Shown: positions 26,221 to 34,978 of the stretch, one piece after another
Position numbering within the stretch: the stretch's first letter is position 1
How the letters are laid out: every line of letters begins with the position of its first letter
Assembly: GCA_963749085.1 (NCBI GenBank)
Contig: CAVVLG010000002.1
Location: 229,033-293,032, forward strand
Reading direction: 5' to 3'
Source: Candidatus Adlerbacteria bacterium
Lineage (GTDB): Bacteria; Patescibacteriota; Minisyncoccia; Phycocordibacterales; SBAW01
DNA length: 64,000 bases
Notes under the pieces: model-generated
Database searches by the model: none
What the model was told of the DNA's origin: nothing
The model's input: only the letters and a program-made list of their open reading frames with translations
Made by a program: the position numbers and the translations under genes

Positions 26221-28029
26221 ATGAAAACGTATATACTTGGTCTGGCTTCTCTGGTTGCTACAGCGTCCTTTCTTGTGCTGACTAGTATGGCACTAGCTTC
26301 TTCCACCCCAACGATTACCTCCATTACTCCCAGCAGTGGATTAACCACCGGCTCAACCACCGTGACCATTGCCGGTACTGAGTTTGCAACTGGTGCGACC
26401 GTGACATTCGACGGTACCTCGGCGATCGGCATCACCTTTGCAAGTTCCACTGGTGATATAACCGCAACGACACCTGCCGGTACCGTTGGCCCGGCGACCG
26501 TGGTGGTCACCAACCTCGATGGCGGCGCTGCCACTTCAACGACCGCGTTTAGTTATGTGGCACCAACCTCGACCCCAACCATTACTTCAATTACGCCCAG
26601 TAGTGGGCTAACCACCGGCTCAACTTCCGTCACCATCTCCGGCACGCAATTCGCAACCGGTGCAACCGTGACGTTTAACGGCGCCTCGGCAACTGGCATC
26701 ACGGTTGCGAGCTCCACCGATATCACTGCGACAACCCCTCCCGGTAGCGTCGGCCCAGCGACCGTGGTGGTCACGAACCTCGACGGCGGCACTGTTACCT
26801 CAACGACCACCTACACGTATATGGCGCCTACGCCTACGTATACGGTCACCATCGACAAATTCCTCAATGGCATAGCGGCATCGACGACCAGCACCACCTT
26901 AGCCTTCCCGATGGATGCCTCCTGGAGCGACACTCCCTCCTCCGGCAGCGGCTCTTTTACCCTCAGCCCCACCGGATTCAACAGTCCAAACGCCTATGAG
27001 GCCATTACCTCCCCGATGGATCAGGGTGCAACCTACACCACTAACGAAGTCATGAGCGCCCCCGTCGTGTCCGCGACTTGCGACGGCACGGCATCCACTA
27101 CCCTTATGGGGTACTCTGTCGGCACTACCTTGGCGGCTGCAATGAGTGCTACATCTTCTCTGACAGCGCCCAACTTCCCCGACCTCACCAGCAATGAGTA
27201 CGTCATCGTATGGAATAGGAATTGTTATGCACTTCCTGCACCGACACTGCTCTCACCGCCCAACGGCACCACCACCACGACCGCGGGCCTAACCTCCGTC
27301 AGCTGGAATTCGGTAACCGATCCGGCGGGCGGCATCACCTACGTCTATCAAGCGTCGAATACCTCCGCGCAAAACCCTGACGGATCCTTCACGACACCCG
27401 TCTATACGTCCGGCCCACTCTCGACAACCACCCTCGCCACACCGGGCACTCCTGCGGGCACGTATTTCTGGCACGTAGAGGCGATGGATGCCGACCAAAA
27501 TACAAGCCCGTGGAGCCTCGTGTGGATGTTTACGGTGAGTAACCCGCCGCCGCCGCCGCCAGCGAATGCCTGCTCTACGACGGGCGCTCCTGCGGGCTAT
27601 ACGCTCCAGACGGACACCCGCGACCGCGATTCCGTCGCGCTCGCTCCGTTCACGATGTTCGTCGGCAAGGGCGGCAACTACAACGTCACGGGACCGGACG
27701 GCAACTACATCGTCTGCATCGGGGCCGGGAACGCCACGGTTACGCTCGGCAATGGCAGTGACACCGTATTTATCGGTGGCGGCAGAGCCACGATCACACT
27801 CGGCAGTGGCACGCAAACCATTATGACCGGAGACGGTAATGCCACCATCACCACCGGAGCAGGCAACGACACCATCACGACCGGCAGCGGCAATACTACC
27901 ATCAACGCCGGCACTGGGGATGACACCATCGTGACCGGGACTGGCAACCACTTTATCGATGCGGGAGGGGGCGCTAGCACCTGCACGGTCGGATACGGTC
28001 GCAATACCATCCGTAACTGCACGCTGTAG
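26221..28029 (+). CDS. large secreted surface protein: signal peptide, 2x IPT/TIG domains, a fibronectin-III-like domain, a poly-Pro hinge and C-terminal RTX-like Gly/Asp-rich repeats
   Basis: Two about 85-aa repeats PTITSITPSSGLTTGST(T/S)VTI(A/S)GT(E/Q)FATGATVTF(D/N)G…TATTP(A/P)G(T/S)VGPATVVVTNLDGG (IPT/TIG-like). FN3-like block APTLLSPPNGTTT…TYFWHVEAMDADQNTSPW. PPPPPP. C-terminal tandem G-x-G-N/D-x-T-I repeats (TGAGNDTITTGSGNTTINAGTGDDTIVTGTGNHFIDAGGG), which resemble haemolysin-type Ca-binding nonapeptides. Confidence 0.6.
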   Translation: MKTYILGLASLVATASFLVLTSMALASSTPTITSITPSSGLTTGSTTVTIAGTEFATGATVTFDGTSAIGITFASSTGDITATTPAGTVGPATVVVTNLDGGAATSTTAFSYVAPTSTPTITSITPSSGLTTGSTSVTISGTQFATGATVTFNGASATGITVASSTDITATTPPGSVGPATVVVTNLDGGTVTSTTTYTYMAPTPTYTVTIDKFLNGIAASTTSTTLAFPMDASWSDTPSSGSGSFTLSPTGFNSPNAYEAITSPMDQGATYTTNEVMSAPVVSATCDGTASTTLMGYSVGTTLAAAMSATSSLTAPNFPDLTSNEYVIVWNRNCYALPAPTLLSPPNGTTTTTAGLTSVSWNSVTDPAGGITYVYQASNTSAQNPDGSFTTPVYTSGPLSTTTLATPGTPAGTYFWHVEAMDADQNTSPWSLVWMFTVSNPPPPPPANACSTTGAPAGYTLQTDTRDRDSVALAPFTMFVGKGGNYNVTGPDGNYIVCIGAGNATVTLGNGSDTVFIGGGRATITLGSGTQTIMTGDGNATITTGAGNDTITTGSGNTTINAGTGDDTIVTGTGNHFIDAGGGASTCTVGYGRNTIRNCTL

Positions 28030-28201
28030 ACGTCGGTACTACACGCTACCTCAAGAAAAACACTCCCCCAGGCGAGGGAGTGTTTTTCTCTATCTAAACC
28101 CTCATATGAATTGCGAGAGGGTCAGTTCCAGCTGACTTGATACGTAATAAAAAATAAACTATGGTGCTCCCAGCACTGTCCCCACACAAAGAGGTCCTCA
28201 G

Positions 28202-28399
28202 ATGAAAAGTCCCCTGCTTCTCCTCGCGTTGCTTATTGCAGCCTCTTCTGCTTTAGCCCAAGCCCAACAGACCACCGGGTTCACACTCGACTGGTTTGGC
28301 AAACGCCAATTCAGTCCCTGGCAGAACGCAAACAGCAACCCGAGCATCTTCCGAGGCAGCAAACCCTCGCGTACCGGTGCGGAAGTCGCGTGTGGTTAG
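28202..28399 (+). CDS. small signal-peptide ORF, antisense to the truncated MCDYSL paralog; uncertain
   Basis: MKSPLLLLALLIAASSALAQAQQ is a textbook Sec signal peptide with an AGAGG RBS. It overlaps 28253..28399 on the opposite strand, so only one of the two is likely translated. Confidence 0.3.
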   Translation: MKSPLLLLALLIAASSALAQAQQTTGFTLDWFGKRQFSPWQNANSNPSIFRGSKPSRTGAEVACG

Positions 28400-28456
28400 T
28401 TTATCGCCAACCTTCGCCGGTCGTGACGCCACGTTGTGAAGGCTATAGTCGCACAT
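28253..28456 (-). CDS. truncated paralog of the 'MCDYSL' protein (67 aa)
   Basis: MCDYSLHNVASRPAKVGDKLTTRDFRTGTRGFAASEDARVAVCVLPGTELAF aligns to the first 55 aa of the 24519..24974 product. GGAGGAG RBS. It ends prematurely relative to its paralog. Confidence 0.4.
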   Translation of the reverse strand: MCDYSLHNVASRPAKVGDKLTTRDFRTGTRGFAASEDARVAVCVLPGTELAFAKPVECEPGGLLGLG

Positions 28457-28576
28457 CGCAGCAACTCCTCCATTGGAGGCCCTCCAGCGACCAATAGGCT
28501 ATAGCAAAACGAGCACCACGTCACCCCAGTCGGCTCGTTCGTGCACACATTAGCCCCTGTGCTATACTGTAAACCT

Positions 28577-28843
28577 ATGAACACAGAGACCTTTTCGGTT
28601 CGCCTCGACCGTTCAGCAAAAACGAGGCTTCAAAAGCTCGCGAAGAGCACCGGTCGGAGCCGTGCATTCCTCGCGGCCGAAGCCATTTCCGCCTATCTCG
28701 ACATCAACGAGTGGCAGATCGCGGGCATCACCAAAGCACTGGCCTCGCTTGACCGAGGCAAAGCCATCGCACACATACGCGTGAGTGATTGGGTCGCTTC
28801 CTGGGAGACAAGGAAGGAGCGCCGAGCTCCTCGGGGCATATGA
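28577..28843 (+). CDS. parD: ParD/CopG-type ribbon-helix-helix antitoxin
   Basis: MNTETFSVRLDRSAKTRLQKLAKSTGRSRAFLAAEAISAYLD is an RHH N-terminus. Its stop overlaps the toxin start (ATGA). Confidence 0.6.
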   Translation: MNTETFSVRLDRSAKTRLQKLAKSTGRSRAFLAAEAISAYLDINEWQIAGITKALASLDRGKAIAHIRVSDWVASWETRKERRAPRGI

Positions 28844-29127
28844 CGCTCCTATGGTCTCCGGAATCCATTCATGATCTTCTCGCCTTGCGCGCGCACATCG
28901 CCGAACATGATCCGGCCGCCGCAAAACGCGTCGCCCTACACATCCTCTACTGCGTCGAATACCTGCTGTCGGAAAACCAGAAACTCGGCGCGTCGGGCCG
29001 CGTGCCCGGCACGCGCGAACTCGTCATACCAAAAACGCCTTACATAGTCCCCTACCGCGTGCGCGGTACAAGGATCGAGATCGCGCGCGTCTACCACAGC
29101 TCGCGCCGCTGGCCCCACCGCCTCTAG
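28840..29127 (+). CDS. parE: ParE/RelE-family toxin
   Basis: MTLLWSPESIHDLLALRAHIAEHDPAAAKRVALHIL…PGTRELVIPKTPYIVPYRVRGTRIEIARVYHSSRRWP is the ParE pattern (…W...A..DL..I..YI…G..g...g.RElv…PYi..YRv….v.IlRv.H..R.). Confidence 0.65.
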   Translation: MTLLWSPESIHDLLALRAHIAEHDPAAAKRVALHILYCVEYLLSENQKLGASGRVPGTRELVIPKTPYIVPYRVRGTRIEIARVYHSSRRWPHRL

Positions 29128-29385
29128 CGTCACGCTACAACCAATAAGACGCCGGGCAACCAATCCCCCGCCGCGGCTCAACCGCGCCACTAAACGCCGC
29201 CAAACCCTCCAAAACCCGTGACGCACCGAGGCGTGGTAAAGTGCATTCACCGCCTTCCGTATGGCCACGTCACTTGCTCACGCCCATCGCGTTCCGCATA
29301 CCGTCAAGCCACCCGCGCGCTGCCCGCACTGTGGCAGCACGCGTCTCATCCGCAAGGGCACGCGCTACCGAATACATTGCAGAAG

Positions 29386-29634
29386 TTACAGCCCTTGTAA
29401 GACTTCTCGTGCGTTTTTATAACGTTTTCTTTTTTTGGCTTCTTGAAATTCCCTGTCCCATGCGGCCCGGAGCGCCCGTGGATCGTTAGTCGGCGTAAAA
29501 GGCAGACCCTTCTGTATCACCACTTGATGGAGAAACAACTTGACCCCGCTTGAGAGATCGAGTCCCATACCCCTCAGGGCCTTGCGCGCAGCTGTCTTGG
29601 TCTTCTGTTCAATCCGTACATTGAGAGTCGTCAT
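29386..29634 (-). CDS. DinJ/RelB-family antitoxin, apparently orphan
   Basis: LNVRIEQKTKTAARKALRGMGLDLSSGVKLFLHQVVIQKGLPF parallels DinJ (…RIDEDLKNQAADVLAGMGLTISDLVRITLTKVAREKALPF). No YafQ/RelE-like ORF follows; the downstream 250 bp have only a 36-codon ORF. Confidence 0.5.
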   Translation of the reverse strand: MTTLNVRIEQKTKTAARKALRGMGLDLSSGVKLFLHQVVIQKGLPFTPTNDPRALRAAWDREFQEAKKRKRYKNAREVLQGL

Positions 29635-29689
29635 ACTGAAAGTGTATACAATGTATATACGCTGTCAAGGCAGCGGAAGATACGCTACT

Positions 29690-31036
29690 ATGATGAACAT
29701 GACGAGGCAGCAGATTGTACTCACGACTGCCGCGATACTGGGAAGCAGTATGGTGATGCTGGGCGAAAGCATCACCAACCTGGCCCTTCCCTCCATAGGG
29801 CACTACTTCGGCGTGCCGTTCTCATCGCTTCAGTGGGTGATAGACGGGTATAACCTTACACTCTCGGCCCTGATACTCTTCGGCGGCTCTTTGGGAGACA
29901 GCCTAGGGCTCAGACGCGTGTACCTGTGGAGCACCTGCGCGTTTATCGCCATATCGCTGGTATGCGCCTTCGCGTGGAGCGCATTGGCCTTGATATATCT
30001 GCGCGCACTTTTGGGCGTGGCAGGGGCGCTCCTGACCCCGGTGAGTTTAGCCCTCCTCAATGCCGAGCTTCCGATCAACCTGCGCAGCCGCGCCATAGGA
30101 CATTGGACCGCATGGACTACCATAGTACTGGCGCTCGGTCCCTTGCTCGGCGGGTATGCCATTCAACTCTTTTCCTGGAAAGCCATATTTCTCGTCAACG
30201 TTCCCTTGGGACTCGTCGCGTTTATCTTCGGCTATGCCTCGCTGAAGCGCCACGACATGCCGCGGACGGGGGCGCACATCGATTGGACGGGAGTCGTCAT
30301 CGGATTCGTCAGTCTCCTCGGTCTCACCTACGGCCTCATCGAAGGCCCGGATCTCGGCTGGAGTATCGCAACCGTCGGCTCCCTTATCGTAGGGGCGCTC
30401 TTCTTCGCGCTGTTCGTTGAGTGGGAGCGGCGTGCGACGCATCCCTTACTTGACCTCTCGCTGTTTCGCAGTAGAAACTTCTCCGCGACCAACGCGGCGA
30501 CGTTCCTCCTGTATGCGGGATTCGCGGGGTTCGGCTTGGTATTCGCGGTATTCCTTCAAACCTTGGGCGGCTATACCGCCACCGAAACCGGCGCGGCCTT
30601 TCTTCCCGCCTCCATTCTCCTGGCACTCTTCTCAAGCAGAATTGGCACCTACTCAAGCCTATGGGGATCGCGCATATTCATGTCCGTGGGACCGATGCTG
30701 TGCGCAGCGGGTATGTTTCTTCTGCTGCCGCTTCATCCGCATCCCTCCTATCTCATCAATATCCTGCCGGGGATTCTCCTGTTTGGCATAGGGCTCACGC
30801 TGACGGTGGCACCCCTTACCGCCACCGCCCTTAACTCGGCACCCGAGGAGAAATCGGGTATTGCCTCGGCCATAAACAACGGCGTCGCGACGATGGGACC
30901 ACTTATCGCCGTCGCGGTCTTAGGGTTGTTCGGCTCCGGAAATATCTACCCGTTTGCGGTTGTGTTATGCGCTCTTCTAGCCCTCCTCTCCGGTATCGTA
31001 TCGCTCCTGTTCATACGCAACGTGCCTAGAAGATAA
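29690..31036 (+). CDS. MFS transporter, DHA2-like (14 TMS) drug/H+ antiporter family
   Basis: 14 hydrophobic segments. MFS motif-A-like GGSLGDSLGLRRVYL between TM2 and TM3. Start at MMNMTRQQ (29690). Confidence 0.7.
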   Translation: MMNMTRQQIVLTTAAILGSSMVMLGESITNLALPSIGHYFGVPFSSLQWVIDGYNLTLSALILFGGSLGDSLGLRRVYLWSTCAFIAISLVCAFAWSALALIYLRALLGVAGALLTPVSLALLNAELPINLRSRAIGHWTAWTTIVLALGPLLGGYAIQLFSWKAIFLVNVPLGLVAFIFGYASLKRHDMPRTGAHIDWTGVVIGFVSLLGLTYGLIEGPDLGWSIATVGSLIVGALFFALFVEWERRATHPLLDLSLFRSRNFSATNAATFLLYAGFAGFGLVFAVFLQTLGGYTATETGAAFLPASILLALFSSRIGTYSSLWGSRIFMSVGPMLCAAGMFLLLPLHPHPSYLINILPGILLFGIGLTLTVAPLTATALNSAPEEKSGIASAINNGVATMGPLIAVAVLGLFGSGNIYPFAVVLCALLALLSGIVSLLFIRNVPRR

Positions 31037-31100
31037 GAGAGGGGCTTTGCAAGTGCGCCGTGAGTGGTATGGTGGCCACGGATGTAGAAGGGAGAGTAGC

Positions 31101-31799
31101 ATGCGTATCGCCCTTGCAATACTCCTGGCGTCACTGGGATGCCTCCCAGTGACGTGTGAGATAGGAAGAGATCCGCCGGGTTCGTGCTTCCTCGTTGAGG
31201 AGGACGTCGACGCGTATCTTTTTTCTCGCTACCAACTGACGCCCAAAATAGACGAGTACGGTGACTTCACCGACAAGGATGAGAGAGCCGCGAGGCACGC
31301 CGGCATGACGCTGAAAGCATTCGACATCGGCGGCATGGATAAACAGTTTAGACACACGCTCTACTTTGCCATGAAGCTCATGGTGTGGGTCGGGTTCAAC
31401 CCCGGCATCCTCACCGCCTTTCGCGACGACTTCAGGCAGAGCATTACGCAAGGCAGGAAGAAAGCCGCGGTCGGCTATTCCTTCCACGGTGGGAGCGCAC
31501 GGGGAGGCTATGGTCATGGCCTCGCAGCTGATCTGGTGAGCCTCAATGGGACAACGCGCCACGAGCAGCTCCAGTGGAACGAGAAGCTCTACCAGTGGAT
31601 AGACGCCAACCGCCTCATCCTCCGGGTGGGTCGCCCGTACAATGATGACGCGGGCCATGTGGCGCCGCTGACGAGTCCGGAGTTTGATCTCGCCCGAAGC
31701 CTCAGTGCCGAAGTGAGGCACCATCGCGCGCATATGGAGAAGTCCCAACGTCGGCAGCATCATTATGCCGCGCACAAACGCTCCACTACTCGCGCCTAG
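31101..31799 (+). CDS. secreted hypothetical protein; possibly peptidase M15-like
   Basis: GGGAGAG RBS and a signal peptide MRIALAILLASLGCLPVTC. A weak resemblance (GYSFHGGSARGGYGHGLAADL) to the M15/DUF882 H-x-x-G-x-A-x-D metal site; low confidence. The antisense ORF 31131..31883 is rejected. Confidence 0.4.
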   Translation: MRIALAILLASLGCLPVTCEIGRDPPGSCFLVEEDVDAYLFSRYQLTPKIDEYGDFTDKDERAARHAGMTLKAFDIGGMDKQFRHTLYFAMKLMVWVGFNPGILTAFRDDFRQSITQGRKKAAVGYSFHGGSARGGYGHGLAADLVSLNGTTRHEQLQWNEKLYQWIDANRLILRVGRPYNDDAGHVAPLTSPEFDLARSLSAEVRHHRAHMEKSQRRQHHYAAHKRSTTRA

Positions 31800-32033
31800 C
31801 GGGTAGTGGTTTTTCTTTATCCCCTCCTCTTCGCCTTTAAGAGCGCCGCATGTTTTCGATATCGAAACGTCGCCGGCGTGCAATAGGCCGGATTACCCCG
31901 GCTGCCTCCTACCTTGGCGTACTGTCTCATAGCAGCAGTATAGCAAAGCAGAGCTAGGAGTTGCTGCACCGGCGCATCCATGATACACAGATCAAAGCCG
32001 ACTTCTTGCCAGTCGCACGCAAAGGAGAGTCTC

Positions 32034-32297
32034 ATGAACATGAGACAGTGTTGTATGGTGTTGTACATTGTCGCCGCCGTATTCGAAGGACTCCTATGGG
32101 CGTGGCAGGACGACCTTATACGCTTCTGGGGCCTCGCGCCGCAGATGGGAGCGTATCTCCTGCTCGCGGGAGCAGGGATGCTCGTTGTGAGTGCACTGGG
32201 ATTTGTACTGCTGCCCTCCCGCGCAAAACGTATAGCCTCCCGTACAAAGGCTTCCATGACGACGCGCACGTTCAAAAACGAAAAAAACGCCCGCTGA
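32034..32297 (+). CDS. small membrane protein (87 aa)
   Basis: Two TM helices. Followed directly by the terminator at 32289..32325. Confidence 0.3.
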   Translation: MNMRQCCMVLYIVAAVFEGLLWAWQDDLIRFWGLAPQMGAYLLLAGAGMLVVSALGFVLLPSRAKRIASRTKASMTTRTFKNEKNAR

Positions 32298-32325
32298 CCC
32301 ACGCACCCTCAGCGGGCTTTTTATT
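32289..32325 (+). terminator. rho-independent terminator
   Basis: GCCCGCTGA…TCAGCGGGC, then TTTTTATT. Confidence 0.55.
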
Positions 32326-32350
32326 CACCTCAAGTTGCTATACTTCCGCT

Positions 32351-33043
32351 ATGAAAATTATATTCCTCAACACCTGGGACGGAAAGCGGGAGAAGGACCT
32401 CCGGGAGTTCTTCAAGGTGCACGCTCTTGATACCGACGTGTTCTGCCTTCAGGAAGCGTACGAGCGAGTGCCGCGCATACTTGAGGACTATCTCAAAGAG
32501 TTTAACCCCACGTACGTCACTCGACGCGAGCGTGGCACTGAGACGTCCGAGCGGTATGCGCAGGCGACGTTCGTACGAAAGTCACTCACCATGCTCGGCT
32601 CTGAGGTACTCGTTGATGAGAACCGCGTTAGTGGTCTCGGCCTTGCAAACGACATCCGCTTTGAGGATCACGTGCTTCATATATGTAATTACCATGGCAT
32701 CGCACGCCCCATAGAGAAAATCGATAGTCCCGAGCGGCTGCGGGAGTCGCAGAGGATACTTGACTATTATAAGGAGAAGGTGGGGCCCACAGTGATCGGC
32801 GGGGATTTCAATCTATTGCCGGATACCAGAAGCATTGAGCTATTCCGTGAGCATGGGTATCGCAACCTTATTGCGGAGTATGCCATTGCCACCACGAGAA
32901 ACCGCTTCGCCTGGGATCGCCATCCCAATAAACTTTTCTTCTGCGATTACGTTTTTGTCTCACCGGAGGTTCGCGTGAAGGAGTTTGGTGTTCCGAACGT
33001 TGAGGTGTCCGACCATCTACCGCTTATCCTCGATATAGAGTAG
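32351..33043 (+). CDS. endonuclease/exonuclease/phosphatase (EEP) family protein
   Basis: MKIIFLNTWDG…DVFCLQEA (EEP motif I) …GGDFNLLPDT…SDHLPLILDIE (C-terminal SDH motif). Confidence 0.7.
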   Translation: MKIIFLNTWDGKREKDLREFFKVHALDTDVFCLQEAYERVPRILEDYLKEFNPTYVTRRERGTETSERYAQATFVRKSLTMLGSEVLVDENRVSGLGLANDIRFEDHVLHICNYHGIARPIEKIDSPERLRESQRILDYYKEKVGPTVIGGDFNLLPDTRSIELFREHGYRNLIAEYAIATTRNRFAWDRHPNKLFFCDYVFVSPEVRVKEFGVPNVEVSDHLPLILDIE

Positions 33044-33063
33044 GGTTTTTTCACTCACAAATC

Positions 33064-33089
33064 CGCGGCAAGCCGCGGGTTTCTTTTTG
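33064..33089 (+). terminator. rho-independent terminator for the EEP gene
   Basis: CCGCGG-caag-CCGCGG, then GTTTCTTTTTG. Confidence 0.5.
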
Positions 33090-33104
33090 CATGCAAACGT
33101 GTGT

Positions 33105-33134
33105 AAAAAAAGCCGCTAGGGTGCGGCTTTCTCT
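33105..33134 (-). terminator. rho-independent terminator for the minus-strand gene 33116..33463
   Basis: On the minus strand: AGCCGC-acccta-GCGGCT, then TTTTTTT. Confidence 0.5.
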
Positions 33135-33463
33135 GTGCTCTGAAGTTTCTCCCTCAGTTTCGCGAGGGTCGCCTGCCGCAGCGCTTCCTTCTGCCGGCGG
33201 TGTGTCGCAAGAGCTTCGGGAGCGAGCTGATGCTGGCAGTAGGAAAGAACGAAAGCGGGGCACGTACGCACATTGCTGAGAAAGCGGCGGTGGAGCCCCT
33301 GCGCCGCCGCCAGAAACACCGCTAGGCTCTTCATACCGTACTCGGTCTCCATCTCATTGAAGAGTTCGTGTATTTCTGTCGACTTTTCGTGCTGCTTGGG
33401 GGTAACCTCTCGTTTTCGCCGCAGCTTAAACTGCCTCGGAAGCTTGTCCTCTAGGGTATGCAT
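33116..33463 (-). CDS. hypothetical protein (115 aa)
   Basis: Strong AAGGAGAGGAG RBS before MHTLEDK. Contains TCPAFVLSYCQHQ. No homology recognised. Confidence 0.4.
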   Translation of the reverse strand: MHTLEDKLPRQFKLRRKREVTPKQHEKSTEIHELFNEMETEYGMKSLAVFLAAAQGLHRRFLSNVRTCPAFVLSYCQHQLAPEALATHRRQKEALRQATLAKLREKLQSTEKAAP

Positions 33464-33588
33464 GGATTGCTCCTCTCCTTCTCTGCGTGTATGCCTAGCA
33501 GAAATCTCCTCATAATACAATCTGCCCGCAGCAGACATTGTTTCATTTGTATGCTATATCTACCCGCGGAGAAGTAAGGGAGGAACTC

Positions 33589-34050
33589 ATGGCGTACATA
33601 AAAGTGGCCGCACGCCGCTCGCTTCCGGCGGGGATTTTTCTTGCAGTGGTCATCGGTTTTATCTTTAGCTTTACTCGTATGATCGAACCGGCAGACCGTC
33701 GCATCAGAGTCGCTCTGTATGCGGCAGTGGGTATGGGCGTCGTCGTGTTCGCCATTGGTTTTGTCATTCGGTGGATAGGGTACGTTATCGGGTGGGCCGC
33801 GCTGCTTCTGTGGTACCGACAGGCATGGGCCGACGCGACTGTACCCGGTTCGGATAGGCTTCTGGCGATTCTCTATTTCCTTCTGAGCGCGGCGTTTGTG
33901 CTCTCAGTCCCTGCTGCACTGTATGTGGTGGGCGGATGGCACCTTTGGCAAAGCGCGCTCATTGCAGTGCCTATCTACCTGCTGCTCGGTCTCATATACT
34001 GGCACGATAAGCTAGGTGAGCAAGCGCAGGCAGGAGGTAGTGACCTCTGA
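33589..34050 (+). CDS. hypothetical membrane protein (4 TMS)
   Basis: GGGAGG RBS. Hydrophobic throughout. Confidence 0.4.
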   Translation: MAYIKVAARRSLPAGIFLAVVIGFIFSFTRMIEPADRRIRVALYAAVGMGVVVFAIGFVIRWIGYVIGWAALLLWYRQAWADATVPGSDRLLAILYFLLSAAFVLSVPAALYVVGGWHLWQSALIAVPIYLLLGLIYWHDKLGEQAQAGGSDL

Positions 34051-34178
34051 GTAACAACGAACGTATAACGGTGCGGCCGAAAGGTCGCGCCGTTTTTTTA
34101 CCAGCCCACCTGTGGAGAGCCGGTGGACAACATCGGCATAGCCTGTGTGTTAAAGGGGTATTACAAGTGGATAGCGTG

Positions 34179-34718
34179 TTATAACCCGCTCCTATCCGAG
34201 CGCGCCCCCGCCCGCTCCTTCTCAAAGGAATCCAACTTAAGATTCTCCGCCTTCCACCCTACCCCGTTGGCCCACACCTGGATGAGGGAGCCCACACCGG
34301 CGAGGGCCAAAAAGAATATGACCGACCAGGCCCACGGATAGATATAGTAGAAAAACATCACCGCGAGCGCCGACCAGATGCCGATGCACCACGGACACTG
34401 GAGCAGTTCGTGGAGCGTGTGGCGGAAGCCGCTCCCGTAGGGTTTTATTTCCACATACACCACGCCCGCCTGCTCGAACTCGCGCGTATCGGCGAAGAGC
34501 TCGCGAAACCAGCGCGTAATTTTGTCGTACACGATGAGCCTTGTGATCCGAAACGTGGCGAGAGCCATTAGCAGTGCGTCAAACGGGGGCACCGAGATTA
34601 AAAAGCCGCCGCGCACCACAGCCATGATATAGAGCGCCGCGATAAGCACGCATAGAAAAAAAAGACTGAGTATAAAATTCCAAAAATTTTGATCCTCCTT
34701 CAGGCGTCGCAGGGGCAT
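34179..34718 (-). CDS. membrane protein, DUF1360-like
   Basis: MPLRRL… with 4 TMS and a conserved-looking CPWCIGIWSA motif, which I recall as typical of DUF1360 (unverified). Confidence 0.4.
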   Translation of the reverse strand: MPLRRLKEDQNFWNFILSLFFLCVLIAALYIMAVVRGGFLISVPPFDALLMALATFRITRLIVYDKITRWFRELFADTREFEQAGVVYVEIKPYGSGFRHTLHELLQCPWCIGIWSALAVMFFYYIYPWAWSVIFFLALAGVGSLIQVWANGVGWKAENLKLDSFEKERAGARSDRSGL

Positions 34719-34978
34719 AGACACCAGTATGCAAGGTTCTGAGGAAAAACAAAAGACCGTGCCGCTATGTAAAAGCTTTTTTGTCAACTCGACCAAAAAG
34801 GCTCCCGCAGAAGGCTTTTTTGGGGTGGAAATAAAACCCCATGTTAAGCCAAAAATCAAGTTCTCCGAGCCTTATTCCTAGTCCTTTTTGAGCGATGCCG
34901 TTGCCATTTTCAAAAAAAGTTTTCGTACCACTTATGCACAGTCAAGAAAAGTACCGCACCGTGGCGCCGGGGAGTATA

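Noticed and set aside
31131-31883. 250-aa minus-strand ORF antisense to the 31101..31799 secreted protein
   Set aside because: It has no RBS and no motif, and the composition is typical of antisense high-GC frames. The plus-strand ORF has an RBS and a signal peptide.
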